Positions 49,971 through 63,250 of a DNA stretch of 64,000 nucleotides are shown one piece after another; position 1 is the first letter of the stretch, and the number at the start of each line of letters is the position of its first letter. The notes under the pieces are model-generated. The model did not search any database. It was not told the DNA's origin and saw only the letters and a program-made list of their open reading frames with translations. Both the position numbers and the translations under genes were made by a program. The DNA is taken from assembly GCF_018350175.1 (NCBI RefSeq), contig NC_058372.1, forward strand, positions 110,052,001 to 110,116,000, read 5' to 3'. The stretch comes from Felis catus (lineage: Eukaryota).

Positions 49971-49984
49971 GCTTAGTTTGCAAG
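49971..49984 (+). other. Candidate 14-nt micro-exon
   Basis: TTTCTTTCTCCTTCAG|GCTTAGTTTGCAAG|GTAAGG: near-consensus acceptor and donor. Confidence 0.4.
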
Positions 49985-50889
49985 GTAAGGTTTCTGGGTA
50001 ATGGAAAGTAATTTTTTCTTTATGCCTCATGGACTATGTAACTTTCCCTATTAACTTTATTTAGCCAAAACAAGTATGTACATTTGAGAAAAATCAGCAA
50101 GTTAATTCTGGTTTGGTCAAATCAGAAGATAATTTAACCAGGCCCACATCTTATTTTATTTTTAATATTTGACACAGTCCGTAAATGGCTCCTCAGGAGA
50201 GTTGATAACATGTCAAGACTAATCAGCTTTTGTAAGAAGGCTGAATTTTGCTTTTAGGATTGAAAGTTGCCTGTATTGAGCAATGGCTTCTCCTGAAGAT
50301 CCAGGTGCATGTTTTAAAGGCCAAAATTGAGCTCTTTCCATATCTTGGAATAACACATAGTTGCATCAGAGGCTAAAGTGTGAAGCAGAGGAACGTGCAG
50401 CCGTCAGATTTGAGAAATAATTAACACTGACCCGCAAGAGAGAAGTGATAGGAACCTGATTTCCTTTCCTCCCACTTTGTTTTCATCTAGTATTTCTGGC
50501 CTTGGGCTTTAACTGTTTGCCTGCTGCTGTGAGTACAGAGGGAAAGCTTCTCTGTTGCGTTAGGGTCTATATTCCTTGAGGGAACTATATTCTTTACAAA
50601 AACAAAAAAAAACTGAAAAGCTTAAAAATTCCTCTCAAAGATGTCACACAGATTTTTGTTTTACACCCATGCATGCCCACTCGCTAATATGTCTAAGCCA
50701 TTCAGTTTAGAGGACTACTTGGATATATATATCAATAGTAATAGAAAATTTAAATGTTTTTCTAAGATGCCTTATTTATAGCTGCTTACCGCTTAAGAGT
50801 GATCATGATCATTTTGCTGTTTTTATCATATGCATCATTGGTAGGAGCATTCTACTTATTTTTGTTATATAAGAATATTAATAAATCTA

Positions 50890-51126
50890 GAGGCACCTGA
50901 GTGGCTGAGTCTGTCAAGCGTCTGACTTCAGCTCAGGTCATGATCTCACAGTCCATGGGTTTGAGCCCTGCATCGGGCTCTGTGCTGACAGCTCAGAGCC
51001 TGGAGCCTGCTTCAGATTCTGTGTCTCCCTCTCTCTGCCCCTCTCCTGCTTATACTGTCTCCCTCTGTCTCTGTTTCTCTCTTTCTCAAAAATAAGTAAA
51101 CATAAAAAATTTTTTTTAATTAAAAA
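50890..51126 (+). mobile_element. CanSINE
   Basis: 19-bp TSD AAGAATATTAATA(A/C)ATCTA at 50871-50889 and 51127-51145. Confidence 0.96.
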
Positions 51127-51149
51127 AAGAATATTAATACATCTAAAAC

Positions 51150-51370
51150 ATTAAGCACAGTATGTACTGGGAATTTTTCTATATGACTTCAATTAAGTAC
51201 ATGTGTCATTTAACCCTCGCAACAACTGTATGTGATAGGTGCTATTATTAAGGATATTTTACATTTGGGGAAATCTAGGCCTGCCCAGAAAGATTAAGTA
51301 ACGAGATCAAATGTACACAGTACAGATTTATAATCAGAAAGTATGTCTTTAGAATCTGTGCTCTCAGTCA
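51150..51370 (-). mobile_element. MIR
   Basis: TCATTTAACCCTCGCAACAAC...ATAGGTGCTATTATT...ATTTTACA...GATTAAGTAAC. Confidence 0.7.
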
Positions 51371-51824
51371 TTACAGAATTCTTTAAGTACCATATTATTT
51401 CATGAGGACAACCCAGTCAGTATTCACAACAGACTTGTTTTGGGTTTTAATGATATAATGCAAGACAGTGCAAACTAACTTTGCCTATTTTATTTTATTC
51501 TTTGGGCCTATACTCTATAGCAGGGGGCTTTTTAAATTATGCTTCTTTCCATCCACCCAAATTCTGTGAACATGAAAAATAAATTCACAAGCAGTTAGCA
51601 TTAAAGTTGTTTCTCTTTGGTATGAGATATGCAGGAATGGGAAGTGGTTAAAAGAAAAATGAGAGGAAATGAATAAGTGAATTATTTTTGAATCAATCTT
51701 CCAAAAAATTGGTATTTCCTAGAGCTTTGAAGCAAAACAATAACTATTGTTTAGTCATAAAAGAAAAATAATATAGGGAAAAAGTTATATATAGAAGCTA
51801 GGTCAGTAGTCCCAAGAATATTGT

Positions 51825-52050
51825 GAGGCATCATGATGCATAGTGGATTAATCACAGGCTTTAGAGTCAGATCTGAATTTGAATTCTGTCTCTGTGACGT
51901 ATTAGGTATGTGACCTTAGGAGGGTATCTCACCATCTCTAAGCTTTGAAAAAAGTCTGCTATGTAGTAGATTAATTGTGATGATTAAATGGAGGAAAATG
52001 CTAAGTGTATAGCAAGGCTCATGACACAGAACACGTGTTTATTAAATGTT
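51825..52050 (+). mobile_element. MIR
   Basis: GCATAGTGGATTAATCACAGGCTTTAGAGTCAGA...TGTGACCTTAGG...TGTGATGATTAAATG. Confidence 0.8.
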
Positions 52051-55000
52051 AAAACCTCTTTGTCTCATTTCTGTCCCAGCAGCAGCAGCAACACCGACAG
52101 CAAAGTAAAAAGAGAATTATCCAGAGGACCTGACAGGTCAAGGGAATTTCACAGTGGAATTATGGGAGCAAAGTTTGTCAATATTTTTAGGACAAAGTTG
52201 GTCAAGTTTGCCAAATTCCTATAATAAAGGCAGTTATACAATGCTGGCATTACATTTTTAATTAGAAAACTTGTTTTTACTTTGCCTATTACACATGTTT
52301 ATGATATTGACTTGAATCTAAGAAGACAGCTGGCTGTTTAACTATTTGTATTAACTGCATGGGAAACATGAATATATCTGATTCTTTGTCATTTTCATCA
52401 GTTCCTCTTAATTCATTTTTCAGCTACTAAGATTTCATTCAAAAATTGTTTAATTAATAATTTCAGATAAAGTAGAAATGTGACATTTAGGTTGAATTTT
52501 GATTTTGGTCATTTGTATGTATTTCTTATCAACTACTCTAGCTGTAACCTTCTGTCTCCTGAAACGGTCTGTGTTTCCTCCGTGGTGTCTACCTTGTGGT
52601 AGACAACACTGTTTTCTGACTGACTGACTGACTGAATGAATGAAACAGGTTATTTACAATTTTATGTATGTGCAATAGCTACCAAAACTTTTGAAAATAT
52701 AGTAGTTGTCAAGGATTTGGCTAGTTGGTTTAAAAACTGTTATAGAAATCAAGCATATATAGTAGGAAAAATAGGAGAGAATAGGTTGAGTTAACGAGAG
52801 AGAAACAAGAACAAATAGAAGAATTTGAATAGAATAATGCTAATTTTACTGTGAAGACTTTTATACATGAATACATGAGTTTTCCATATTTCCACCAAAG
52901 TATAAATTCATGGCATAAATTCATTTTTTAAAGAAACGCATAGAGCAAAAGTGAACATAAAACATTTGCAAATCTTGGTTTTAAAGTTATGATACATCTT
53001 TTGCTCCTGCAAGTAAAGATGTATGAACTTTCTATTCAGTAATCACTACCTGAGTACTTACAGTATGTCGTGCTAAGTCCCATGGATGGATGAATAAAAC
53101 ATTGCCGTTCAAGATGTTCACAGGCTGCTAAGGAAGATTGTTACACACAGAGCTGTAAGGCATAGCTGCCATGATTAGTGCATCGGAGAGTTATGAACAA
53201 AGTGATTTAGTGGCAGGGATTATGATTAGTCTCAAACTGGAGCAATTCCAAAGAGCTTTACAAGGGAAGCAGCATTTGAGTTGGGATCCCTTAAGGATGG
53301 CCTAGATACTGCTAATTGAGAGCAAAAGATGATGTACATTGTAGGCAGAGGAGCAGGGTGGTTTCTATGTGGGCTGTTGGTGCAATTCTTTTGGCATTTG
53401 TTTCTAGCCCAATATGGCCAACAGGTTCAAACCAGTACATCTTATCACATCTTGTGCAAAGTCTCATGTATGGAAGGTACTCAGTAAGTATTGATTTTGA
53501 GCATCTAAATGAATAAACAAACAAACTTCCAGATCCTTCTTAATATGTGACAATAATTTCAAATACAATTATACTTCACTGAGAGTTATTTTATTTACTT
53601 GGTTGTATCTATGCAACTCAAAGGAGAATTCAGACTTTGTGAACTCTGATTAACATTCATTTCACCCAATTTTAAGAAAATATAGCTGTGGTCTTTATTC
53701 CTATCACTCTGCCCTTCTCTTGCTTTACTTAATTTCTACACTTTCTTTAGTTTGTTTAGATGCATGAGTTCAAATATATCCCCCCATCCTTTTTTTAAGT
53801 CTAAAATATACACTTCCTTGAACTGAGGCTACGATGCTGTTTATATATGAAATGATATTTGGGTTGATATTTTGTATTTTCTCTTTAGAAGCAAAACAAA
53901 GTCATCCTGTTATACACATTCCACATTCTCCAGTTAAAACCTACAACAGAATGATAGAGAATAGGCACATATTTCGTATCTGAAAGTGTCCAGTAATGTA
54001 TGGAGTAATTATCTGAGTTTTTAGGAGACTGCACTAACATTTGTGCCATAAATGACAGTTGGATTATTTCAGTTATGGTAGTTTTAGCCAATTAAAATTT
54101 GTCACGGTTTTGAGCCCCTTTTCCTTTTCTTTCCTCTTTAGATTCAGCATGTCTTAGAAATCCAAATATGTTAGAGTGTGATTCCTTTGGTATTTTCCCC
54201 CACTTTGGAAGCCCAAACAAAACCCTTTAGAGCATCATAGTCCCAGAAGGAAGCTGCAAGACTTAAAAGTGTGATCACAGCTACCTTTTCTAGGATCCCA
54301 ATCTGAATCTAGAGTTAACACACAAGAAGCACATTTTTTATTGTTGCAGTTCTTCGGGGAGGGTAATAATAGTATTGCGTATTTGGTATTTTATTGTATG
54401 TGATCACCCTTGATTCCCAGAACAGCCTATAGAGATAAGCAAGATAAATATTTCCATCCCCATTTGATAAACAAAGCTCTGCCATTTACCTAACAAGAAA
54501 GGAGATGACTCCTCAAAGTCAACAGGTGATAAATGGATGAACTGGATGAACTGGAACTAGAACTAAGATCACTGTTTCTGCCCTTTATTACGATGCCCTT
54601 GGACTTTCTTGCGCTGGATTACTTGTAAGCTATGAGGAAATATGAGAAGCAAAGGAAAAAGAAGAGTAATGAAATTATTTGAAAACTACCTTAAAAGATG
54701 GCTAGCATAATGCTGTTGGCATTTGGGGGACAAGATACTTCATTTGAGAATAATGGTTAAACATTTCCGCTATGTATAATTCTTGGGTTTTATACAAATT
54801 AAAAGTTCAGTTAGTGTCCCAACATGAATGGTGTGTGGAATATGGACTGGAAAAGGCTTGCGTCGAACCAGGGAGCCTACTGAGCGATGTTGTAACATCT
54901 GAAAGAACTGATGGGGTGGAGGAAGATGTGGGCATATGGTAATGGAATTGGAAGAGTGAGCTGAGGAACATTCTGAGCCTGAAATAGAGTTTGGTGGTTT

Positions 55001-56579
55001 ATGGGGAAGAGGGGTGAGAAGAAAACAGCAGACAGCTCTGGACTCTTTCCTGCTCTGAATAACCCTCGTAAAGTTAGACAGCACATATAAACATAGGAAT
55101 ATTGACAATACTGGCCCCACACTTTGTAGAGAAAGGAACAGGTAATCTCCCTAACATGAAACATGGTGCTCTCATCTAGGACAACTAAACATTTACCACA
55201 TGCTCAAATATGTAGATGGCCCCAGTGAAAGGGGACCTGGGTTCAGCCACCTCTGTCAGGAATATATGTAGAAGTGAAAATAACCAATTTGTTTTCTGTA
55301 CAATTAGTTTTAAAATAGGGGCTTTTGATATGTAAATACTTAAAAGAGTGTGAGTAGGAAAACCTAGCAAGTGGATCAGATGCCTATTCACAGCAAATTT
55401 TCAAGCTACTTCTTGATATGGAGGCATTAGGTGTAGACTAAATTTTACTGGGTTCATTTTATCTTCCATAATTCCAAATATTATGGGAAAAACAATGTCT
55501 TTGCTTCTTGGCGTTGGAATTCAAATATGGATTGCTGCAGGGATTTGGTGCTTTTAAAATCACACATTTGAGAAAGGTTGTCACTCATCTAGTGAATCTA
55601 TTTTCATTGGAAATTTGGAGAGCTGAAGAAAGTATATATCTTGCTATATAGGTGATTTCACTATTCATTAAGAATGTGTGTGACTGCTCATGTTACACAG
55701 TCTTAGAAGCAAAACCGAAGAAAGATTGCTCAGAACACAACTGATGAGTTTGAACAGTGAACCAAATAATAATAAGAAACACACTCCTCATTTATAAGGG
55801 AGTATTGAGCTGCTTACTCAAGGAAATTTATCCTGTTCCTGCTATAAATCAGAAGAGTATTAAAAAAAATCAAGATGAGGAATGGAAAAATAACAATGAA
55901 TGTTGTTTTAAAATTGTGCAGCATTTTGTTGTTAAGTTAGACAATGTTATTGCCGAAGGAACCATGTGTTCTTTTCCAAAATAGACAAGGAATGAGAGAT
56001 GTTAATCTTAATAAATCTTTTTCCCCCTTTGTTTCCTTCAGGGGTCACGGGTATACTGAAAGGCACTTGATCAAGAGAAATCTGGGGGAAGCTGGAAACC
56101 ATCAAGTTATTGAGGCCACACAGGGCAGAAAAGATAGAAGTAGGTACACTTTTGATCCATTGATCCTGCTATTGAGGATGTCCCTAAAAATATCTTTGTT
56201 GCTATAAAGCCAGAGGACAGCAAAGAAAAGGTGCAGTGGTAGTCTTTATTTTAGAAAAAAAAGTCAATACAGTTTAATCGAAGCTTGGTAGAATCTATTG
56301 TTAATGTCAGATTAATAGCAAATAACGCATGCTGAGAATTCGAGATTGACATTTTCATCTTGTGTTTGCCGGAGACCAGTGATTAGTACAGAGGCTGAGC
56401 CTAGCTTGATATTTACATTCTTAGTTGTGCTTGTTTAAGTTGTTCTTAGCAGAGGAAGTCAGCTTACCAAAATAATGTTTAAAATTTATAGTCTTTAAAA
56501 CAGAAGAGAAACTCACTAGGTCTATCAGGTCAATTCTAATCTCCTCAGAGACCATAGTAAATACAAGCAAATATTTCTT

Positions 56580-56751
56580 TTTTTTTAAGTTTATTTATTT
56601 ATTTTGAGAGAGAGAGTGTGCAGGAGGGGTAGAGGGAGAAAGAGAGAAAGGCAGAGCCTGACACAGGGCTCGAACTCACTAACTGTGAGATCATGACCTG
56701 AGCTGAGCCAAGAGCCAGATGCTTAACTGACTGAGCCACCCAGGTGCCCCC
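56580..56751 (-). mobile_element. CanSINE with an internal deletion
   Basis: TSD AAG(C/T)AAATATTTCTT at 56565-56579 and 56752-56766. Confidence 0.94.
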
Positions 56752-56839
56752 AAGTAAATATTTCTTGATAATACTGATTGGTGGACAAAATGTGAAATAC
56801 TCTTTTTTGAGAAACAGATTTCTTTGTGCTGGTGATATG

Positions 56840-57030
56840 TGTCTATATATCCATATATACCATGTATTTCATATTTACAAATAACGTATATATGATAATA
56901 ATTATATATGTATATACATATATATATATACATGATACCCATTTGTGTAGGTGAATATGAATATATACAGATCTCTGTATATACTCATATGTATATATAG
57001 AATATATATCACATATATTTATATCTGTAT
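56840..57030. repeat. (TA)-rich low-complexity tract
   Basis: Read directly. Confidence 0.85.
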
Positions 57031-58874
57031 ATGCTTTTATTCACCTATTGTGTCCTTTAAAAATGAGGCTACATTCATGTTGTAATCTTAATATTTCACG
57101 AAAATTCTATTACATTGGTAGCACTTATATTTGAGGCCACTTCACTGTTTTAGTGCTGTGTTCTCCCAGCCAAAGAGAGAGGCTTGCCCCCACCCTTGCA
57201 CTTCAGATGGCAGATCAGAAAACATGGAGTAAGCGTCAGCCTGTGTGAAGGTTGTAACATTCTCCTCCCACTCTCAGATTCCCATGAGAACAAAAAGCTC
57301 CAAGGGAACAGGAAAGAGTGGAAGACATCAAATTTGGTTTAGGCTCGTTGCCTGGTTTTCTCAAAACCAGTACAACTTTTTTTAATGACCCACAGTAGTT
57401 TCATGGAGACAGTGGCAATACGTTCATTTTCATGTGTTATTGGAGCATTTTTACTTTCATGTCAACTTTTAAATTTATGACTGCAGAGAGTAACACGTCT
57501 TAATTGAAATATACCTTTTATTATGAAACAATTTCATACCAATAGTTTTATCAAAAGCACTTATCTTTCCCTATAAATAAACAAAATCTCCATACTAAGA
57601 AAAAATAGCAAGTCAAATTGTAAACATTAATTTTGTATTTAAGGAAAATTAAGACTAACAAAATAATTTATTGAGTCTTTATTGTGGGTGGAGTATATAG
57701 TGATTTATAAAGATCATCTTCTGTAATCCTCACAAAAACTCCATGTGAAGAAGGTAAGGAAAGAATTGTTTTCTCTGTGATAAAAATGCACCTTGCCAAG
57801 TGCACACATTTAGCCAGTGGGTGGTGAAGTTAGGATTTGAGCCTAATTTTGTCTGATGCTTAAGCCTATGCTCTTGACCAGCTTGGATAGCAAGATTTGG
57901 CAGGAGCTAAAATATTCTGTTTAGATGAGTAAAGTATCTTGTTTTCATCAGGTATTTTTATGATCGGTGGTTGAAAATACACATTTTTCCCAAACACTTT
58001 ATCTCATATTCTATGAACTCTACAAAAGAGATGAACACTTTTCTGATTCATTTAATAAAAAAAAGCATAACACTAAATCCCCCCACCCCCACTAGTAAAA
58101 GTAAGACAAAAAAGAATCACAGAAATTCATTGAAATACTGGACATAGGAATGTAGGAATCAACAAAATAGAATAATACAATAAATGATGCTTATTCTAGG
58201 AATGTACAAGTGGTTCAATATTGGGAAATTTATTAAAATAATTTTATAGTAATAGACTAAAGAATAAAACTCCTACTTCTTATTTCTTAATAGAATTCCA
58301 AATAACATTTGTTAAAATGCAACTCTGTTTCTCTTAAGAAAAAACACATATATACAACAGAGTAACTTAGGAATAGGGAGATATTATTAAACTGAAAAAG
58401 CAATTTCAAGAAAACAAAATGTTAGAGGCTTACTGGGTGCTCAATTTCATCATTTATAATTAACATCATTCTATAAATTCTAGCCAATACAACAAATTTT
58501 TTAAAAGACTAACATTTTTAAAACTTTAATTATATATGCTAGAAACTGTTCTAAATACTTTACAAATATTAACTCATTTAATTTTCACCACAATCCTAGG
58601 ATACGAACTATTATCATCTTCATTTTATAAATCAAGAAGCTGAGGCCCAGAGAAACTAAGTAACTTGGCCAAGGTCACACAGCTAATTAGTGATTAGAAC
58701 TCAAGCAGTTTAACTCATGTGTCTTTAGTGTCAAATTATATGGTATGCTGATTCTCAAAGGTTTTAATTATTAGAAAAGAGGTGACATCTTTTTCACTTA
58801 AAAATGATTATATTTTTTATGAAAAACACCAGAAAATTAACTGAAGAACTATTAGAATAAGAAACTGTTAACTT

Positions 58875-59101
58875 GGGGCGCCTGGGTGGCGCAGTCGGTT
58901 AAGCGTCCGACTTCAGCCAGGTCATGATCTCGCGGTCTGTGAGTTCGAGCCCCGCGTCAGGCTCTGGGCTGATGGCTCAGAGCCTGGAGCCTGTTTCCGA
59001 TTCTGTGTCTCCCTCTCTCTCTGCCCCTGCCCCGTTCATGCTCTGTCTCTCTCTGTCCCAAAAATAAATAAACATTGAAAAAAAAAATTAAAAAAAAAAA
59101 A
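58875..59101 (+). mobile_element. Young CanSINE (SINEC_Fc)
   Basis: Perfect 16-bp TSD AAGAAACTGTTAACTT at 58859-58874 and 59102-59117; long A-tail. Confidence 0.97.
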
Positions 59102-59430
59102 AAGAAACTGTTAACTTGCCATACAAAAGATAAATGTGAATAAATCCATTGACTTTTTAATAACAGCTAAAACGTGATGAGGAAATCTCATTTATAATAG
59201 CAATAAAATATTGTATATCTATGAGTAAACTGTGTAAGAAATTAAGGCTTAAATGTGTAAGGCTTAAATGAAGACAATAATATTTTATTGAGAAACACAA
59301 AATAAGATTAGCCGTAATGGAGATTTATACTGTATTCCTGGATGAGAATAGCAAATGTTGTAATGGTGTTGGCTCCCCCCCCCCAAAATTTATAAAGTCA
59401 ATGCAATTCCACTTAAAAACACAGAGATTT

Positions 59431-59630
59431 TGGGGTGTCTGAATGGCTCAGTCCATTGAGTGTCCTACTTCTGCTCTGGTCATGAGCTCACAGTTCCTGA
59501 CTTCAAGCCCCACACACTGACAACGTGGAGCCTGCTGCAGATTCTCTGTCTCCCTCTCTCTCTGTCCCTCCCCTGCTCACACACTGTCTCAAAAATAAAT
59601 AAGTGAATAAAATAAAATGAAAGCAAAATA
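59431..59630 (+). mobile_element. CanSINE (older)
   Basis: GGGGTGTCTGAATGGCTCAGTC head, (CT)n and A-rich tail. Confidence 0.92.
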
Positions 59631-61727
59631 AAAACAGATTTTTAGGAATATGTTGGCAAAATGATTATTAAAATTCATGTGAAAGAAGGGGCAGCCTGGG
59701 AAAGCACATTTTTGAGAAAGAATAATAAGGAAGGAATTTTATTTCCAACTATTAAAAAATATTATAAAGTTACCATTACTAAGATGATATAGTAATTTTA
59801 CTAAAACAGAGACTTAGAGGAACTAAGTCAGCTTGAAAATTCCCCAAAGAAATTTAAGCACATAAAGGTAATGTATAATAAAGACAGCATTTCATGTTAG
59901 GGGAGAAAATACTGACTATTACATGAACACAATTCCAATAATTGGTTAATGTTAGGAAATCCTGTAAATTTGGATCTTCTATTCACACAAGATACAAATA
60001 TCTATCAAATTAAAGAAGAAAGAATAGTGAGACATAACTAGAAGAAAATGGATTGGTGAATACTTTTATAATCTTGTCTAATATGACATCAAGGGCAGAA
60101 ACCATAATTGAAACTTTATAGAATTGAAAATGAACATATTAAAACTTCTGTACATATAAGGAGAAAAAAGATTCAAGCAGCATGCCTAATGATGTAAAAT
60201 TTGAAAATTATTTTTTCTTGATTTTTTGGGAATTAATAAATCAGCAAGTTCTGACTAATATTCCAAATACACCACTCTCTGAAGGCTTAATAAAGCAGAG
60301 CCCATCCTGGCATAGTAGTCATTTGGTATTGCACCTGCTGTAGGCACAAAGCATTACAGACATTTTGTAGAGTGAATATATAGTATGTCTTAGCTAAAAA
60401 TAAAGATTGGACTCTAGAAATGACCAAATAGTGACAGAGAAATTAGGATTATTCCACCTAAAAAGGTCAACGAAATTTGAGTTAAACTATCCAAGAAAGT
60501 AAGGAATTTCAGGTAGACAGTTTTATAATTCTTACATATTCCAAAGCATTTCATTTCAATAGAAGTTATTGACAATATGATTGAGTAATGTTTGAATTTG
60601 TATAATGAGTTAAAATGTTATCTCTAATAAAAATGAAATCATTTCAGTTTCCTGTCTTGGATTATGTCATAGTGGATAATTGCAGAGGAATGTCATGATG
60701 ATCAAATTTGGAGAGAAGTATTTCCTGTTTTATTGTAGAGCATAGTACAAGAAAGGTTGTTTTCTTCATCTCCCTCTAGAGTAGCTTCGCTCCTTCAATG
60801 CTGGAGCCCTAGAACAAGTGGGAAAGCAAAATTCATTGTCATCAATGGACAAAGAAATAAAGGAAAAAAGTTTGATTTTATTTTAAATATCCCAGGTAAT
60901 ATCAGCTTGCACTATGACAATTCACACTAACACTAACAAAACAGTAATATTCTATCTTGGGCCCTATTAGAAAAGTTGCTAAACTCTGAGCCCCAAATAT
61001 CTCATGAGAAAGAGTAACCAGCAGACCCATGAACCTCCTAATCTTTTTTCTGTTCTCATTCAGTCCTTCTCAGTGTCTTTGGTCGATGTGTTGATTCTTG
61101 GCCACTGCTATTCCTCCTGAGGTCACTGCCCCTGCTGCATGCCTTTCCATGGTGGTCCCTCAACTGACGTGGACCCCCCCCCCCCCACCTCTGCCTCTTC
61201 TCCATCTGTGGTGGCCTTTTGACTCCAGGGTCAAATTGCCCAATGTTCTGCATTCATCTACCTTTCCCCTTCTTTCTAACTTGACCATTGCTCTTGGATC
61301 AGGTTTGTTTTTTTAGCTCTTTTTATCTACCAACTCTAAAGAGTTTTCTCCTTCTCTTATGCATGGGCCATAACTGTTAATAGGTGGCTTTTTGTCTTAG
61401 AGGTCTTGGTGCTGGGGATTGGCTAACAGCCATTATCAGTGTCCTTCCTATAAAAAATTTTAGGTACTTATGAAGTTATGTCCTTGGCAGATTTCTCCTG
61501 CTGGCTCATGATGCATGCCTAGAAATGTCTGAATCTTAAAAGAAAAAAGAAAGAAAAAGAAAAAAAAAGATTAATCCAGCTTAGTCCCTAGCTCTAATAC
61601 CCCTGCTAAAAAAATATTGATTAAAACATACATTTTTTTGTTCATAGATATACACTTAGTATGTATATATTGTTGACCATCCCCAGAAAAAGGCCTGGAG
61701 ATAGCCAAAAGGAATGTATAGAATGTT

Positions 61728-61943
61728 TTCTTTCTTTTTTTTTTAAAGAGTTTATTTATTTTGAGAGAGACAGAAAGAGAGCACAAGTGGGAGAGGGGCA
61801 GAGAGAGAGGGTGACAGAGGATCTGAAGCAGGCTCTGCGCTGACAGCAGAGAGCACTGTGTGGGGCTTGAACTCACAAATTGTGAGATCATGACCTGAGC
61901 TGAAGTCAGACGCTTTAACCTCCTGAGCCACTCAGGTACCCCT
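61728..61943 (-). mobile_element. CanSINE
   Basis: Tail and body; approximate TSD TAGAAT(G/A)TT(T/C)TCT. Confidence 0.94.
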
Positions 61944-62718
61944 AGAATATTCTCTTCCCATAATAAAAGCAAAAGAGAGGCTTAGCCATTTTGTGTTAAA
62001 TAAGAGTAACAAAACTGAACAAGTACAACCCTAAAGATAAAGAAATCAATCTTGTTGATTTCATGCTAGCCGGACTGTCATCTTTGCAGATTGTTAGAAA
62101 ACTGTTTGTGAAGCAGTCAGTTCTGGAGAGAAAAATGGGCAACAAAACAAATAAACAACAAACAAAAGAGCAGAACAAACAGACACGCCTGTAAAGGGGA
62201 GGAAAGCACTAATTGTTAGTGATCAAAATACTAGTCTTTTATTGTTTGTAGAGTTTGCAAAACTCATTTTCTCATTAATTATTTATTGAGCACTTACCCC
62301 GTTTAGCCTGTGCCAGGCACTGTTGTGAGCACTGAGGATACAGAGCTGAAGGCACTTTGCAATTCTCCAGGGTTTGTGAACTGCCAGAATCTGAGGAGAC
62401 CCTAAAGAGAGCCATATAAGGAGCGGCTGACATTTAGTAGTTTGGGGAGGTCCTGTGGATGACATGCTAACTTTCTTCAATTACGTGAGGAATATCATCT
62501 GTTCTATATGATTAAGAAGGAATAGGTTGAGTGGATGGGAATCAGAGGAAGACCTGTTTTTATTTAATCAAAGAAATAGCTACCTGAAATGGTAATAAGC
62601 TATTTCTGGTAATTGAAATGGTTTCAGAAGATTGGTACCATTAGGAAAGAATGTGGCACAAGGAATTCATTTATGGGATGGTAAGAGCCTGGGGACGGAG
62701 GGTTGGTAGTTAACTTCT

Positions 62719-62943
62719 TTTTTTAAAAAAAAATTTTTTTTTAACGTTTATTTATTTTTGAGACAGAGAGAGGCAGAGCATGAACAAGGGAGGGTCAGAG
62801 AGAGGGAGACACAGAATCTGAGACAGGCTCCAGGCTCTGAGCTGTCAGCACAAAGCCTGATGCGGGGCTTGAACTCACTGACCATGAGATCATGACCTGA
62901 GCCGAAGTTAGCCACTTAACCTACTGAGCCACCCAGGCGCCCC
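62719..62943 (-). mobile_element. CanSINE
   Basis: Perfect TSD GGTAGTTAACTTCT at 62705-62718 and 62944-62957. Confidence 0.96.
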
Positions 62944-63044
62944 GGTAGTTAACTTCTCTCTGAGGATAAGAGTTCTATGATCTGTTATTGAAATCGTTGA
63001 TACAGTAGGGGCTCCCCTGAAGACAATACAGTGAGAGACTCTAT

Positions 63045-63250
63045 GGCTGCTTTGAAATCAGGCCCACCAGCTTTGCAATTAACTCCTAGACCTTGGCCAA
63101 ATTTCCCATCTGCAAGCCCTCATTCCAACATCAGAGAAATGGGGATAGTAATAGCATATGTCTCCTAGGACTGCACTGAGAATTGAATAAAATGAGTATA
63201 AGTCAACAAATTAAAAATGTTTAGCCTGTAATAGGACAGTTGGTAACTGG
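63045..63250 (+). mobile_element. MIR fragment
   Basis: GACCTTGGCCAAATTTCCC...CCTCATT...GAAATGGGGATAGTAATAG...TGAGAATTGAATAAAATGA. Confidence 0.65.

Larger units (their letters stand above)
58000..60150 (+). mobile_element. Highly degraded L1ME-type ORF2 remnant, interrupted by a MIR (~58530-58720) and two SINEs
   Basis: TTATTCTAGGAATGTACAAGTGGTTCAATATTGGGAAAT, TATTCCTGGATGAGAATAG, TCAATGCAATTCC, AAAATTCATGTGAAAG and TATTATAAAGTTAC are colinear with L1 ORF2. Confidence 0.75.

Noticed and set aside
52584..52645. Hairpin TGTCTACC-TTGT-GGTAGACA followed by (CTGA)n(ATGA)n
   Set aside because: The stem is short and the context resembles a decayed L2 3' terminus; not an RNA gene.
11821..61972. 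Recurring ORFs with AQVMISQFVSSSP...LTAQSLEPASDSVSPSL
   Set aside because: Translations of CanSINE copies, not a gene family.
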